Shown here: positions 36,834-47,354 of the stretch, piece by piece
How positions within the stretch are numbered: the first letter of the stretch is position 1
How the letters are laid out: every line of letters starts with the position of its first letter
Assembly (NCBI GenBank): GCA_051382335.1
Contig: JBBCAX010000250.1
Coordinates: 27,498 to 91,497 of the forward strand
Direction of reading: 5' to 3'
Source of the DNA: Deltaproteobacteria bacterium TL4
Lineage (GTDB): Bacteria; SAR324; NAC60-12
Length of the DNA stretch: 64,000 bases
The notes under the pieces: model-generated
Database searches by the model: none
The model's input: only the letters and a program-made list of their open reading frames with translations
What the model was told of the DNA's origin: nothing
Translations under genes and position numbers: made by a program

Positions 36834-39038
36834 TTATCGGGAATTTAACGATTTATATATTTTTTTATAAAGTTGATACGAAGTATACACCCGTTTAATA
36901 TAATCCTGAGTTTCTTGAAACGGAATACTTTCCACGAACTCATCCTGGTGTTCGATTTTATATTTTTCTAGCCATTTTTTTATATTTCCCGGTCCCGCGT
37001 TATAGCTTCCGATAATGGGAATCAGCTGGTGGTGGAACTGTTTTGACAAGTGTCCCAAATAATAAACCCCCAAACGAATATTCAGCTCAATTTCCGCCGC
37101 TTCTTTGGGATCATTGAGTGGAATATGATGCCTTCGTGCAACCTGTTTTGCGGTATTGGGCATGAGTTGCATCAAGCCCATCGCATTCGTTGTGGATAAG
37201 GCCTCCGTCCGAAAATGACTTTCTTCCCGCATAATGGCAAGTGCCAGGAAAGGACTGATTTTAGCTTTTTCCGCGGCAGGTTGAACCACCTCCCAATAAG
37301 CCTTGGGGTAAGCGAAATTCCATGTTCTTTGATTCTGGACAGGCAGCCTTTTTAAATCCCAAAGATAAAAGGAGGCCGTAATTACTTGTAACGCACGATA
37401 TTGTCTCGCTGCTAAAAGTAATTCACTGCCACTCCAGATCATGGCGTATTTAGGCGTTTTTTGAATGAGCGACTGCAGATCTTTTCCTGCCTGCGTCCCT
37501 TCTCCGATGGAAATCAGGAATTCAGGCCGTTCCAGTACATTACTGATCAAGGGGGTTGGTTCGGGAGGATTATCGTGCCACGTGGGTTTGCTTTGGGGAA
37601 CAGGCGTATCGAGATAGGCTTTCCATGTGTCTTCAGCATTCTCAAGATAGAGGCCATAATAGGTATTCGGGTAACTTGTTCGTAAGGCTAAAAAACTTTT
37701 TTGTGCTTGAATTTTGTTTTTCAAGAGGTGCGAGATTTTACCATGCCAGTACAGGAATTTCGCACGGACTTCAGGCGAAGACAACTCTTGTTTTAAGCCA
37801 TTGTCCAGATGAAATAGCGCATCAGAATATCTTTTTTGATTATATCGCAACTTGGCAAGTTCCCAAAGAGCCACCTCTCTTAATTTGTGTCCCTGGAATT
37901 CTTTCACAATCAGTTTTAACCAATATAAGGCTTCGGATTCGCTGGCTGTGCCCATAAAGTTTCTTGCCATTTTGTAATACAGTTCTGGCAATAACGGTGA
38001 TCGGGGGTTTAACTTTTCTAATTGATGAATCGCCTCAAGCGCCTCATTTAACTGCCCCAACCTTTGATAACTTCGTGCGATCCAAAACATTTGTTCTGTT
38101 TTTAGAAGGTGATACTCCTCGGAAAAAACTCCGTTTTGTTTAAGCTTTACAATCATGCTGTATGCTTTTTCCGCAAACAAATTTCTGGCATACAGATGTC
38201 CTAATTTAGCCTTATACTTTGGAGAAACAACCCGATGGATCTGTTCTGGAATTGTTTTTACGATAAGACCATTCAAATTGAAATGTTCCAAGGTTTGAAA
38301 ACGTTTTATATAATCTTTTGCTCTTGGGAAAATAAGTCCTTGTTGGATAAGTGACAGCACGTTTTTTTCAGAGGAAAGCGCTGTTTCTTTATCCATAGGG
38401 TTTTTCCATTGAAAAATATAAAGGTCAGGTGGAATTTTTTGTTGGAGAAACGTTGCCCCTTGAATATAAAGGTCTGCAATTTTATAATCCTGTAGCAGCA
38501 AAGAGGGATGGTTGAGTGTTGAATGCAAAAAAGGAAAGATTTTTGCAGCATTTTCTGGAGTTTGAATGGTCGTCATCAAATCCTCACGGATACGTTCCAT
38601 GTAAAATGTCGTTAGGGACGGTATCAGTAACAGGGGATAGAGAAGAGAGACCTGGTCGTATTTGCCCCAAGCCAGGAAGTTTTTCGCGCGATGATACTGC
38701 CAGATATCCTTGTCGACAGGATCCAGCGTTTGACCTTTGTAAAAATGAAACTCCGCTTCCTGATATTTTTGTTGATGAAAATAACTTTTACCTATCAAAA
38801 ACCAGCTTTTTCTTTTATAAGATAGGGGAGCTGTTGACTTGGGATCGGAAACAACGGGAGACAGAACACTGATGACTTGCTCCCATTGCTCCTGCTGAAA
38901 AAGCTGAGTGACGTTATTCCAGTCTGGAAGCATAGAGGGATTTGCGTTACCGGTTGCAGCCCATGTAAGGATCAGCACGATTAAAGTGAACGGGCGTATG
39001 AGGTAATGGTCCTTAAGAGGGGGAACCTTGTTTGGCAT
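36834..39038 (-). CDS. Soluble lytic transglycosylase (Slt-type) with TPR repeats
   Basis: IMREESHF (catalytic Glu), AMGLMQLMPNTA, YNAGPG, ESIPFQETQDYIKRV. Confidence 0.92.
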   Translation of the reverse strand: MPNKVPPLKDHYLIRPFTLIVLILTWAATGNANPSMLPDWNNVTQLFQQEQWEQVISVLSPVVSDPKSTAPLSYKRKSWFLIGKSYFHQQKYQEAEFHFYKGQTLDPVDKDIWQYHRAKNFLAWGKYDQVSLLYPLLLIPSLTTFYMERIREDLMTTIQTPENAAKIFPFLHSTLNHPSLLLQDYKIADLYIQGATFLQQKIPPDLYIFQWKNPMDKETALSSEKNVLSLIQQGLIFPRAKDYIKRFQTLEHFNLNGLIVKTIPEQIHRVVSPKYKAKLGHLYARNLFAEKAYSMIVKLKQNGVFSEEYHLLKTEQMFWIARSYQRLGQLNEALEAIHQLEKLNPRSPLLPELYYKMARNFMGTASESEALYWLKLIVKEFQGHKLREVALWELAKLRYNQKRYSDALFHLDNGLKQELSSPEVRAKFLYWHGKISHLLKNKIQAQKSFLALRTSYPNTYYGLYLENAEDTWKAYLDTPVPQSKPTWHDNPPEPTPLISNVLERPEFLISIGEGTQAGKDLQSLIQKTPKYAMIWSGSELLLAARQYRALQVITASFYLWDLKRLPVQNQRTWNFAYPKAYWEVVQPAAEKAKISPFLALAIMREESHFRTEALSTTNAMGLMQLMPNTAKQVARRHHIPLNDPKEAAEIELNIRLGVYYLGHLSKQFHHQLIPIIGSYNAGPGNIKKWLEKYKIEHQDEFVESIPFQETQDYIKRVYTSYQLYKKIYKSLNSR

Positions 39039-39071
39039 CTGGCGCTCAAAAATTATAATCTAGAATTGAAG

Positions 39072-39692
39072 ATGAGTGATAATAAAAACAAAACCAAGGG
39101 GCCTTTATTGCTCAAGCAACAGCAAAATAAAGCAAAAGCCATGACCCCGCTGCCTTATGACTTTGATTCGGATGTTTACGAAGTTTTTTCCAATGTAAAA
39201 AATCCATTCCTTTCAAGAATTCTTTCACCTGAAAGTGAACCCGCGAAATTGAAGGCTCAACAGGTCCGGGCTTTTTTTCAATATCTTCAAAAAGAACCTC
39301 AATACCAACTGGATTTTCCTACAAAAAACATTCCTCATCGGAGACGGAAAATTGTAGAAAACACCCTCTCCCCGGCACCCAAAAAAGAATATAAAGCGAC
39401 TCCACTTATCAAAGAAAACAAACAAAATCTGCGCCGCTTCATCCAACTCTTTTTTAAAATCATCATTCAGAAACTTGACGAGGATCCTGCCCAACTCGCT
39501 GTCATCATTAACGAAATCGTCCCCTTACTTTTAGAACAAGGCCTTAAGATAAAAATCTATGACGCTTATCGTCAGTTTCCTAACTGGGAAAGTTTTATCG
39601 CAACGCTTCATCGTATCAGTCAAGATGCTGAAATTGAAAATTTCGAACTGTTCTGTAGTGCGCTTTTTGGCGTCTACAGCCAATTCGCATAG
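39072..39692 (+). CDS. Hypothetical protein, probably co-transcribed with alr
   Basis: ORF of about 206 aa ending 15 nt before alr; no motif recognised. Start moved to ATG 39072 to avoid overlap with the Slt gene. Confidence 0.6.
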   Translation: MSDNKNKTKGPLLLKQQQNKAKAMTPLPYDFDSDVYEVFSNVKNPFLSRILSPESEPAKLKAQQVRAFFQYLQKEPQYQLDFPTKNIPHRRRKIVENTLSPAPKKEYKATPLIKENKQNLRRFIQLFFKIIIQKLDEDPAQLAVIINEIVPLLLEQGLKIKIYDAYRQFPNWESFIATLHRISQDAEIENFELFCSALFGVYSQFA

Positions 39693-39707
39693 CTTGAGGT
39701 AGGTAAA

Positions 39708-40832
39708 ATGGAATCACATGTTGTTATTGAAAGACCCACCTATATTGAAGTGAATTTGGCACACTTGAGTCACAACTTATATCAGATCCGTGACCATGTC
39801 CAAGTCAAAATAATGCCTATTGTCAAAGCAAACGCTTATGGACATGGACTGATTCCTGTGGCTTGGCATTTGGTTTCATTAGGCGTGGAGCAATTAGGCG
39901 TCGCCTTTTTGGAAGAAGGCATTGCTTTAAGAAAAGCAGGGATTCAGTTGCCCATTTTGGTCCTTGGGGGAATTTTTAATAACCAGACCGGTCTTTATTT
40001 AGATTACAATCTTGAAATCACGGTATCTTCCATTGATAAACTCAAGCAGGTGGAGGCGGCTGCCGAAGCAAGAAAGAAAAAGGCTGTGATTCATTTGAAA
40101 GTGGACACAGGGATGGAACGCATAGGGGTGCATAGCTATTCGGCAAAGGCCTTCATTGAAAAAGCTTTAGCGTCTAAACATTGTCACTTTAAAGGGCTTT
40201 ATTCCCATTTAGCGTGTGCGGATGATCCGGAGTCCCCTATGACTTTGGAACAACACCAGCGTTTTCAGCAAGTGGTCGGGTATATAGAAAAAATTGGTGC
40301 GCCCATGCCCCTCAGACACTTGGCGAATTCTGGAGGAATATTACATTTCCCAGAAACCCATTTGGACATGGTTCGTCCTGGAATCACACTCTATGGTGTT
40401 TACCCCGATCCGGCCTCAAAGCAAATTCTTAAGTTAAAACCGGCGCTCTCGCTAAAATCCCGTGTGGTCTATTTTAAAGTGGTCCACCCCCATCAACCTG
40501 TCAGTTATGGTGCTACCTGGAAAGCGGATCATATGGTTCGTATTCTCACTGTTCCTGTAGGCTATGGCGATGGTTATTCCCGAGCGTTTTCAAATTGTGG
40601 CCAAGTCTTGATTCATGGAAAACGATATCCTATTGTAGGGAGAGTGTGTATGGATCAATTCATGGTCAACATCGAATGGGACAGTGCTTACAATGAAGAT
40701 GAAGTTGTTTTGATCGGTGCTCAAGGACAAGAACAAATCACAGTGGAGGAATTGGCACTCAAAGTGGGAACGATTCCTTACGAAATATTAACGGGATTGA
40801 ATGATCGACTTCCAAGGAAATATGTCATTTAA
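39708..40832 (+). CDS. alr: Alanine racemase
   Basis: IVKANAYGHG (PLP Lys), HLKVDTGMERIG, VSYG, GYGDGY, GRVCMDQ, GTIPYE. Confidence 0.97.
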   Translation: MESHVVIERPTYIEVNLAHLSHNLYQIRDHVQVKIMPIVKANAYGHGLIPVAWHLVSLGVEQLGVAFLEEGIALRKAGIQLPILVLGGIFNNQTGLYLDYNLEITVSSIDKLKQVEAAAEARKKKAVIHLKVDTGMERIGVHSYSAKAFIEKALASKHCHFKGLYSHLACADDPESPMTLEQHQRFQQVVGYIEKIGAPMPLRHLANSGGILHFPETHLDMVRPGITLYGVYPDPASKQILKLKPALSLKSRVVYFKVVHPHQPVSYGATWKADHMVRILTVPVGYGDGYSRAFSNCGQVLIHGKRYPIVGRVCMDQFMVNIEWDSAYNEDEVVLIGAQGQEQITVEELALKVGTIPYEILTGLNDRLPRKYVI

Positions 40833-41007
40833 GGCTCACCTTACTCCGTAAAGCCAGCCTGATATCCCAGCTCAAACGTTTTATTGATAAAAATTAGAAA
40901 AGGGTATTTCTATAAAGCTTCAGATACGTTATAATAGATAAAAAGGCTTGCGTTCACTCACTCTGTAGACAGACAGAATCTCGTGTACAATCTAAATATG
41001 ACAGACC

Positions 41008-41361
41008 ATGAAAGCTCAGAACCCCTACGATTCATCAAAAGAGTTGGAACTCTATCGTGTCGTCAATAAATTGCTTTTAAACGCGTCCTTTGACAGTCGA
41101 ATTACTCACGAAGAATTGAGATTACTTGTTTACTTAAGTTGCGCTTTTATTGATGAGGAACAGAGGAACATTGAACTCTCACAAAATAAATTAAAAATGA
41201 TTCTTGATTTGGATATGTTGGAACTCTCCGAGGCTATTGAAGGCTTGGAAAATAATGGATATCTTGTTAAACTAAAGCACTCTGACACCGGCCTGAACAC
41301 TTACGGGTTGTCCATGCCTTATGGTGATATGGTTGAACCTCAAGGACGCTTAATCAATTAA
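41008..41361 (+). CDS. Hypothetical protein, winged-HTH-like
   Basis: ELRLLVYL...LSQNKLKMILDLD...LSEAIEGLENNGYL pattern. Confidence 0.6.
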   Translation: MKAQNPYDSSKELELYRVVNKLLLNASFDSRITHEELRLLVYLSCAFIDEEQRNIELSQNKLKMILDLDMLELSEAIEGLENNGYLVKLKHSDTGLNTYGLSMPYGDMVEPQGRLIN

Positions 41362-41374
41362 ATGAAAGGAAAAA

Positions 41375-41713
41375 ATGTCGATTTCACATCATCAAAAAAA
41401 GGGAATAGAGATTTTTCATATGGATGGCGAGTTGAATAGCGTCTCTATGGAGACTATCAATGACATCCTCCAACCCTTTATTGAACAACCCGGTGTGTCT
41501 AAAATTATTTTAAATTTTAAAAAAGTCCCCTTTATTGATTCATTAGGGATAGGAACCCTGGCAAGTTATTGTAAAACGCTCCAGGATCGAGGCGGGAAAA
41601 TGGCTTTTTGTGAATTAGGTGAGAACTTGAGGAGGGTGATGATGATGACAGGCTTGGATCGTCAAGTGCTCATCTTTAACTCTCAATCAAAAGCGGTTTC
41701 CGCTTTAAAGTAA
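41375..41713 (+). CDS. STAS domain anti-sigma factor antagonist
   Basis: LNFKKVPFIDSLGIG; MTGLD. Confidence 0.9.
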   Translation: MSISHHQKKGIEIFHMDGELNSVSMETINDILQPFIEQPGVSKIILNFKKVPFIDSLGIGTLASYCKTLQDRGGKMAFCELGENLRRVMMMTGLDRQVLIFNSQSKAVSALK

Positions 41714-41804
41714 CTTGTTTTGTTAATGCGATCAGCCTGTTCGTCAAACGGTGGTGTGTCCCGAACTTGAGGAGGATGCACCGGTATAGCTCAGTTACCT
41801 ATCT

Positions 41805-42581
41805 ATGAAAACTCAAAATACGCTCATTTTTTTCGTTAGTCTCCTCTCAGGGCTTGTTATTGCCCAGGCTTGCGCTTCCTCTGATGAAAAAGACAAAAAA
41901 GTGTTAACGCCTCCTGACTCAATTGAAATCGGGGACTCCTTGGCCACCGAGCTCCAGGGCACTTGGGTCGGCGTCTGTTCCTCGTTTTTACCGATGGAAA
42001 CCAATACAAAAAACGCGGTACCCCCTGAACTTCCTCAAACGGGAGATGCCTCTGCCGATGCCAACCCCTTGGGAACGACAGAGGTTCTTTCCTCCGCACA
42101 GGAGACGCATCGATATATAACGTCGAAAGTATTTACAGGCGTTAAACACAAAGTCCTTACCACTCAATACTCCGATGACGACTGCCAACAACCCTTAGCT
42201 CAACTCACAACCCATTTAAACTTTGAGCTTGGAAGTTCCTATAAAATCAGCAGCGGAGAAACGGTCACGCAACTGAACATGACGGTGGATCAGTTGGAAT
42301 ACACCGTTTTGGAGGCTTCTTTGGCAAAAAAATATAATAACAATATCAACAGCAGCCAGGGAGTTTTAGGATATTGTGGCTTCAACAACTGGGCGCTCGA
42401 TATCCCCCAAAATATCACACAAGCTGAATGTTTGCCCATAAAAAAAGGACAGGCTTTTTATACGATTTTTAGAAGAGATCCCAATCGTTTATGGATGGGT
42501 GACGAAAACACAGGAAACGGTACAGGACTTAATCAACGTCCCAGTGAAATTGACAGCGAACATTACTATATAAAGCAATAG
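41805..42581 (+). CDS. Putative lipoprotein
   Basis: Signal peptide with Cys (IAQAC); ELQGTWVGVC and YSDDDC beta-rich domain. Confidence 0.65.
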   Translation: MKTQNTLIFFVSLLSGLVIAQACASSDEKDKKVLTPPDSIEIGDSLATELQGTWVGVCSSFLPMETNTKNAVPPELPQTGDASADANPLGTTEVLSSAQETHRYITSKVFTGVKHKVLTTQYSDDDCQQPLAQLTTHLNFELGSSYKISSGETVTQLNMTVDQLEYTVLEASLAKKYNNNINSSQGVLGYCGFNNWALDIPQNITQAECLPIKKGQAFYTIFRRDPNRLWMGDENTGNGTGLNQRPSEIDSEHYYIKQ

Positions 42582-42625
42582 TCGCGAAAACCTCTTTTAT
42601 AATCTCTAAGTTGGGTGTGTGATTC

Positions 42626-42874
42626 ATGAGCGTTAAATTAATTGGATTTTTACTCAGTTCCATAGCCTTGATGGTGGGTCTTTATTTTTTTCACCAAAGG
42701 AAATCCAGCGGCGATGACAAAGAAACTGATTTTTCCAACATGACTATGTTTTTTGATCCCTTCAAAGGAGAAGGGGATATCTTTGTTGGAGGGATTATTA
42801 TATTGATTTTATTTTCCCAGTTTTTATTGGAATTGTCACAAACGATACGTATCCTGTTCACAGGTCTGACTTGA
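42626..42874 (+). CDS. Small hypothetical membrane protein
   Basis: 82 aa with two hydrophobic segments; fills the gap between flanking genes. Confidence 0.5.
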   Translation: MSVKLIGFLLSSIALMVGLYFFHQRKSSGDDKETDFSNMTMFFDPFKGEGDIFVGGIIILILFSQFLLELSQTIRILFTGLT

Positions 42875-42879
42875 GTGAG

Positions 42880-43554
42880 TCAAAAATCTTTAGAAGGTTC
42901 GCCTTGGTTTAGTCTTTTTTGCAAAGCTTGTGTTCTCTCCTTACCTGAATCCAATAGCGATTTTAATTTTTGGAGTTCTTTTTCAGGAACGAGAGGCGTT
43001 GCTTTTTGCATTAATCCTCCAAATAACTCCGACGCTCTGCCCGGTTTTGACATCTGAGCGCGTAATTTCGCATAAACGGCTGGAGTCACCCCCTGGAGAT
43101 GGCGATAAAACAATGAGTGCTCTCGGATTTCAGTCACAACAGGAATAGACGGAGGTAAAACACGGATGACAGGTAAAAATGCACTGATAATGAAAACCGC
43201 CTTTAAGCCTCCAAACAGAAATCCTAACAGCTTATCAACAAAACCGATCTTTAACTTCTTCATTCCCCATTGGAAAAATTTCATTAAGTAGGAAATGATG
43301 CCTGCTGAGATGACGAATAAGGTGATAAAACTGATCAACTCCTCAAGGTTATTTTCCCATAAAAGCCAAGGGTGCAAAACTTGGGTCAGATCAGGGTAAT
43401 ACCATAAGGCCAGCATAAAAGAGGCAATGATGCCGATGATTTTTTTTAACTCATTGAGTGCGCCTTTCCTGAAACCTCTGTAAGCAAAAATCAGGATAAC
43501 AACGGTTCCCACCATATCGAATAGAACTAAAGAGTTCATAGGTTCTGTCCTCAA
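42880..43554 (-). CDS. cvpA: CvpA family membrane protein
   Basis: AYRGFRKGALNEL, DKLLGFLFGGLKA, HSLFY. Confidence 0.88.
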   Translation of the reverse strand: MRTEPMNSLVLFDMVGTVVILIFAYRGFRKGALNELKKIIGIIASFMLALWYYPDLTQVLHPWLLWENNLEELISFITLFVISAGIISYLMKFFQWGMKKLKIGFVDKLLGFLFGGLKAVFIISAFLPVIRVLPPSIPVVTEIREHSLFYRHLQGVTPAVYAKLRAQMSKPGRASELFGGLMQKATPLVPEKELQKLKSLLDSGKERTQALQKRLNQGEPSKDF

Positions 43555-43563
43555 TTATTTTTG

Positions 43564-44322
43564 TTATTGCTCAGGTTCAGGCATATTTTGAGCGAAACCA
43601 ATGAACACATCAACCATAACTTCATCACTTTTAGGTGGAGGCGGGGAGGGATAAAGCGTTTCATTCATTTTGTGCAAAACCTCTTCTTCAATAGGGATGA
43701 CCGCTGCAAAAGGGATCTCTTTGGGGGGTTGGTAATCCTGCTTGTTGGTTTGTGATTGCGAAATACGGCCATTCCAAACCAAACGTCCGAACTGGTTATC
43801 ATAGACATTGTACTCAATGGTAATAATCCGCGTGGTTGAGGTTTTGAGTAAGACTTCACCAGTAAATTTTTCTTCCAAATCCAAAATTTGTTCTACTCTG
43901 CGGTCTCTGACAATCTCATCCGCTTCAACTCGTGCGAAAATTAAATATTTGTAACCTGTTACCTGCGTGTTCAAAGTCTTCAACCAGAAGGGGGACAACA
44001 CTCCCTTTTCTTTGTAATCATCCAGCATTTTGTGATAAGCCGCTTCCCCCATTTTACCAAGAACCAAGGTCGCCGGTAACACCGGATATTCCTCCCGAAC
44101 ATCCATGAGATATTTACGAAACTGATTGGCCTTGTCCATCCGTTCTTCGGTACTCCAGCGATTCATCACCGAAGTGATTCCCCCTACCGCGATTCCCCCC
44201 TGTTGGATGGAAGTGTAATTAAAACTTTTATCATACTTCAATCCGATTACTTGTGCCTTACATCCCGATATGACAACAAGGACCATGATTCCATAGAAAA
44301 CAGCCAATAATTTCCTAGACAT
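43564..44322 (-). CDS. Putative lipoprotein
   Basis: Lipobox VISGC; YNVYDNQFGRLVWNG strand typical of LpoB/CsgG-like folds. Confidence 0.7.
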   Translation of the reverse strand: MSRKLLAVFYGIMVLVVISGCKAQVIGLKYDKSFNYTSIQQGGIAVGGITSVMNRWSTEERMDKANQFRKYLMDVREEYPVLPATLVLGKMGEAAYHKMLDDYKEKGVLSPFWLKTLNTQVTGYKYLIFARVEADEIVRDRRVEQILDLEEKFTGEVLLKTSTTRIITIEYNVYDNQFGRLVWNGRISQSQTNKQDYQPPKEIPFAAVIPIEEEVLHKMNETLYPSPPPPKSDEVMVDVFIGFAQNMPEPEQ

Positions 44323-44620
44323 GCTTACTCCTACCTCACGTTATAACGTTAACCCTAATATTTCGAAGGGCCATAACCCCATATTTCACTGTACTGAATC
44401 GCCTTGAACGCTTTCTGCAATAAATCGATGATTGGGTTATAAAGGAAATGAATATGAATTTCAACTCATACCCTTCCCTTTTTAAGCTATTTTACAGAAT
44501 CTAATTCTATAATTTGCTCAAATTTGGCCTCCTATACACCTTGTTTCCTGGCTCGACAATAAAATATAATTTATAATTTCAAATGATTATTAGAAATTAA
44601 AGAAAATGGCTTGCCAGTTT

Positions 44621-44654
44621 TTGAATGATATTCAATCCTTGAACCCACTTCAAG
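44621..44654. promoter_or_regulatory. Tandem palindromic operator-like sites
   Basis: TTGAAT-GAT-ATTCAA (44621-44635) and TTGAAC-CCA-CTTCAA (44639-44653) upstream of the lipid operon. Confidence 0.45.
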
Positions 44655-44827
44655 TCCTCATTGATTTGAGCTTTTTCGTTTTCATTCCTCAGAATGAACG
44701 CTGTAAAAAACAGGGAAAATTCTTCCGTGATCTATCAACGAGATAAGATTGGGTATTTCGAAGACTTTATTGCAAAGTGTTTCAAGAATATTTCCGTCAG
44801 GTTTAAGTATTCAACTCCCACTAAAGG

Positions 44828-45727
44828 ATGAATATGGCAGTATCGAATAAACATATATTACAGCAAGGGCCCGTACTTGCTGCTTTGGGACAAGTTGCAT
44901 TTGCGGGAATCATGCAAGATTTACTAAAAACTCAGCCGGAGCAGAAGACGCTGCCTGGTCCTGAAATAACCAGAACGGTCAACCCTCTTCCGCTCGATTT
45001 GGTCAGGGACTATGTGAAAAACGTAGGCGGAGATCCTGGCGCTTATAAAAAGACCTTACCCCCTCACTTGTTTCCTCAGTGGGGCTTTCCCTTGGCCTCT
45101 AAAACCTTGATAGGTATTCCGTATTCCTTGCTCAAAGTGATGAACGGGGGATGTCGGATACAAGTTAAGAAGCAACTGCCCAATGATGAGCCTCTATTTG
45201 TCAGGGCAAACTTACAGAGTATTGACGATAATGGTCGTCGTGCGGTTCTGCATCAGCATATTGTGACAGGAACAGCCAGTGCGCCAGAATCCTTAATCTC
45301 AGATTTGTTCGCGATTGTCCCCTTGGGAGGAGGCAGCGAAGGTGGAAAGAAAAAAAGCGCGGACCGCCCCCGTGTTCCTGAAAATGTTAAAGAAATTGCT
45401 TATTGGAAAATTGGACAAAAAGCAGGTTTGGACTTCGCCAAGCTTACGGGCGATTTTAATCCCATCCACTGGATTCCAGCTTACGCCAGAGCCTCAGGTT
45501 TTAAAAACACGATACTTCATGGCTTTGCGACAATGGCCAGAACGATGGAAGGGCTGAGTAGTGGTCTTTGCTTACCAGGAGAACGAATTGAAGAGCTGGA
45601 TGTTAAATTTACGAAACCACTGGTACTTCCTGCCAAAGTTGGACTTTATGTAAGTGGCGAAAATGTATACGTTGGTGATGCTCCTGGGGGTCCAGCTTAT
45701 CTCGTAGGAACATTCAAAATTAAATAA
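44828..45727 (+). CDS. MaoC-like double-hotdog (R)-specific dehydratase
   Basis: FAKLTGDFNPIHW...ILHG hydratase-2 motif; FTKPLVLP. Confidence 0.88.
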   Translation: MNMAVSNKHILQQGPVLAALGQVAFAGIMQDLLKTQPEQKTLPGPEITRTVNPLPLDLVRDYVKNVGGDPGAYKKTLPPHLFPQWGFPLASKTLIGIPYSLLKVMNGGCRIQVKKQLPNDEPLFVRANLQSIDDNGRRAVLHQHIVTGTASAPESLISDLFAIVPLGGGSEGGKKKSADRPRVPENVKEIAYWKIGQKAGLDFAKLTGDFNPIHWIPAYARASGFKNTILHGFATMARTMEGLSSGLCLPGERIEELDVKFTKPLVLPAKVGLYVSGENVYVGDAPGGPAYLVGTFKIK

Positions 45728-45870
45728 TCCTGTTTGTATTGTCAAAAATCAGATGATTTTCATATACTCTGATCGGGAGAGCGTTTTATCTCTTTGGTGT
45801 GCTTGCTTGCTTAAACGAACACTACTGCCCTCGGAGTATCATTTTACATAATCAACCTAGGAGAGGAACC

Positions 45871-47310
45871 ATGAGTGATTTTCTTCTTGAATTAAGCAAA
45901 AATCCCCAAGCTCGTAAATTGATTCAAAGCATGGGACTACCCATCCCCATGCCACAAGATTTGAAAAGGGCCAAGGGGCCGATAGAAATTCGGATCCTTG
46001 CCAAACAGAACGTTGCGATATACAGCACAGCAGGCAGTAAAGTGACTGAAACTTTAGCTCAAACTTTAGCTGAAGCCGGTGCGAATCCTTACGTTGTCGG
46101 GGGGGCCTCCGTCATCAAACATTTTAAAACTCCAGGTATCGCGTTTGGACAACCCGCGGAAGAACTCAAGCTTGATCAGGACATTCCTGAAGGCTTAAAA
46201 TTCAATGCCTTGATCCTGGATGGAACCGAGTTTGAGTCCATTGCTGATTTACGAAAAGTCTATGATTTTTTTCACCCTTTAGTCTCCCGCGTTGGAGCTT
46301 GTGGCCGCATGCTTGTTTTGGCCCGGCCTGTCGGAGCGCAAAAAACCCTTGAAGCCGCGTCAGCACAAGCCGCGCTGAGAGGATTTGCGCGAAGTCTTGG
46401 TAAGGAATTGGGGAAAAAAGGCACAACCGCACAGCTTTTGTCTATTGAGGAAGGCGCTGAAGATCGGTTACCCGGAACATTACGCTTCTTTTTATCATGT
46501 CGTTCGACCTATATCACCTGCCAACCCGTCGAGATTTCTTCACTTGCAAAAGCCGTTCAGCAAGATCCGGTGACCTCGCCATTAGCGGGAAAAGTCGTGG
46601 TGGTTACTGGTGCAGCGAGGGGTATTGGTGCCGCAACCGTTAGAATCCTTGCCGCAGAGGGAGCAAAAGTGATTTGCCTGGATCGCCCTGAAGATGATGG
46701 TCCTACCAGCCAACTGGCCCGTGAAGTTAATGGCGCGGTCTTTCTAACGGATGTGACCGACAAAGAGGCTCCGAAGAAAATTGCTGAATACCTAAAAAAA
46801 GAGCATGGCGGCGTTGATGTTGTGATTCATAACGCGGGAATCACGAGAGATAAGACCATCGCAAACATGAAGCCTGAAAACTGGGATATGACGATTGATG
46901 TCAATCTGGGCGCAGTGGCCCGGATCACTTCAGCGTTGCTGGAGGGTGTTCTCAGGGATGAAGGACGAATTATTTGTCTCTCTTCCATTGCTGGACTTGC
47001 GGGGAATATGGGACAAACCAACTATGCCGCTTCCAAATCAGGAATTATTGGATTAGTCCAACATCTCTCAGCGGTAGTGAAGGATCGTGGAATTACGGTG
47101 AACGCCATTGCTCCTGGATTTATAGAAACACGCTTAACAGACGCGATTCCGATAGCCATTCGTGAAGTGGGTCGACGACTCAACAGTTTAGGACAAGGTG
47201 GGCAACCTGTCGATGTCGGTCAAGCTCTTACTTTTCTGGCAACACCTGCCTCACAAGGCGTCACAGGACAAGTTATCCGTGTTTGTGGTGGCGCCCTGTT
47301 AGGTGCGTAA
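45871..47310 (+). CDS. fabG: High-molecular-weight 3-oxoacyl reductase (FabG4-type)
   Basis: Extra N-terminal domain, then TGAARGIG, HNAGITRDKT, QTNYAASK, APGFIET. Start ATG 45871 after GGAGAGG. Confidence 0.9.
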   Translation: MSDFLLELSKNPQARKLIQSMGLPIPMPQDLKRAKGPIEIRILAKQNVAIYSTAGSKVTETLAQTLAEAGANPYVVGGASVIKHFKTPGIAFGQPAEELKLDQDIPEGLKFNALILDGTEFESIADLRKVYDFFHPLVSRVGACGRMLVLARPVGAQKTLEAASAQAALRGFARSLGKELGKKGTTAQLLSIEEGAEDRLPGTLRFFLSCRSTYITCQPVEISSLAKAVQQDPVTSPLAGKVVVVTGAARGIGAATVRILAAEGAKVICLDRPEDDGPTSQLAREVNGAVFLTDVTDKEAPKKIAEYLKKEHGGVDVVIHNAGITRDKTIANMKPENWDMTIDVNLGAVARITSALLEGVLRDEGRIICLSSIAGLAGNMGQTNYAASKSGIIGLVQHLSAVVKDRGITVNAIAPGFIETRLTDAIPIAIREVGRRLNSLGQGGQPVDVGQALTFLATPASQGVTGQVIRVCGGALLGA

Positions 47311-47354
47311 ACTATCGTCAGCGTTCCATTTATTAATTAAATAAGGAGATTTAT

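Noticed and set aside
41780..41796. ACCGGTATAGCTCAGTT resembles a tRNA 5' end/D-arm
   Set aside because: No anticodon arm, T-loop or acceptor complement follows; it runs directly into a CDS.
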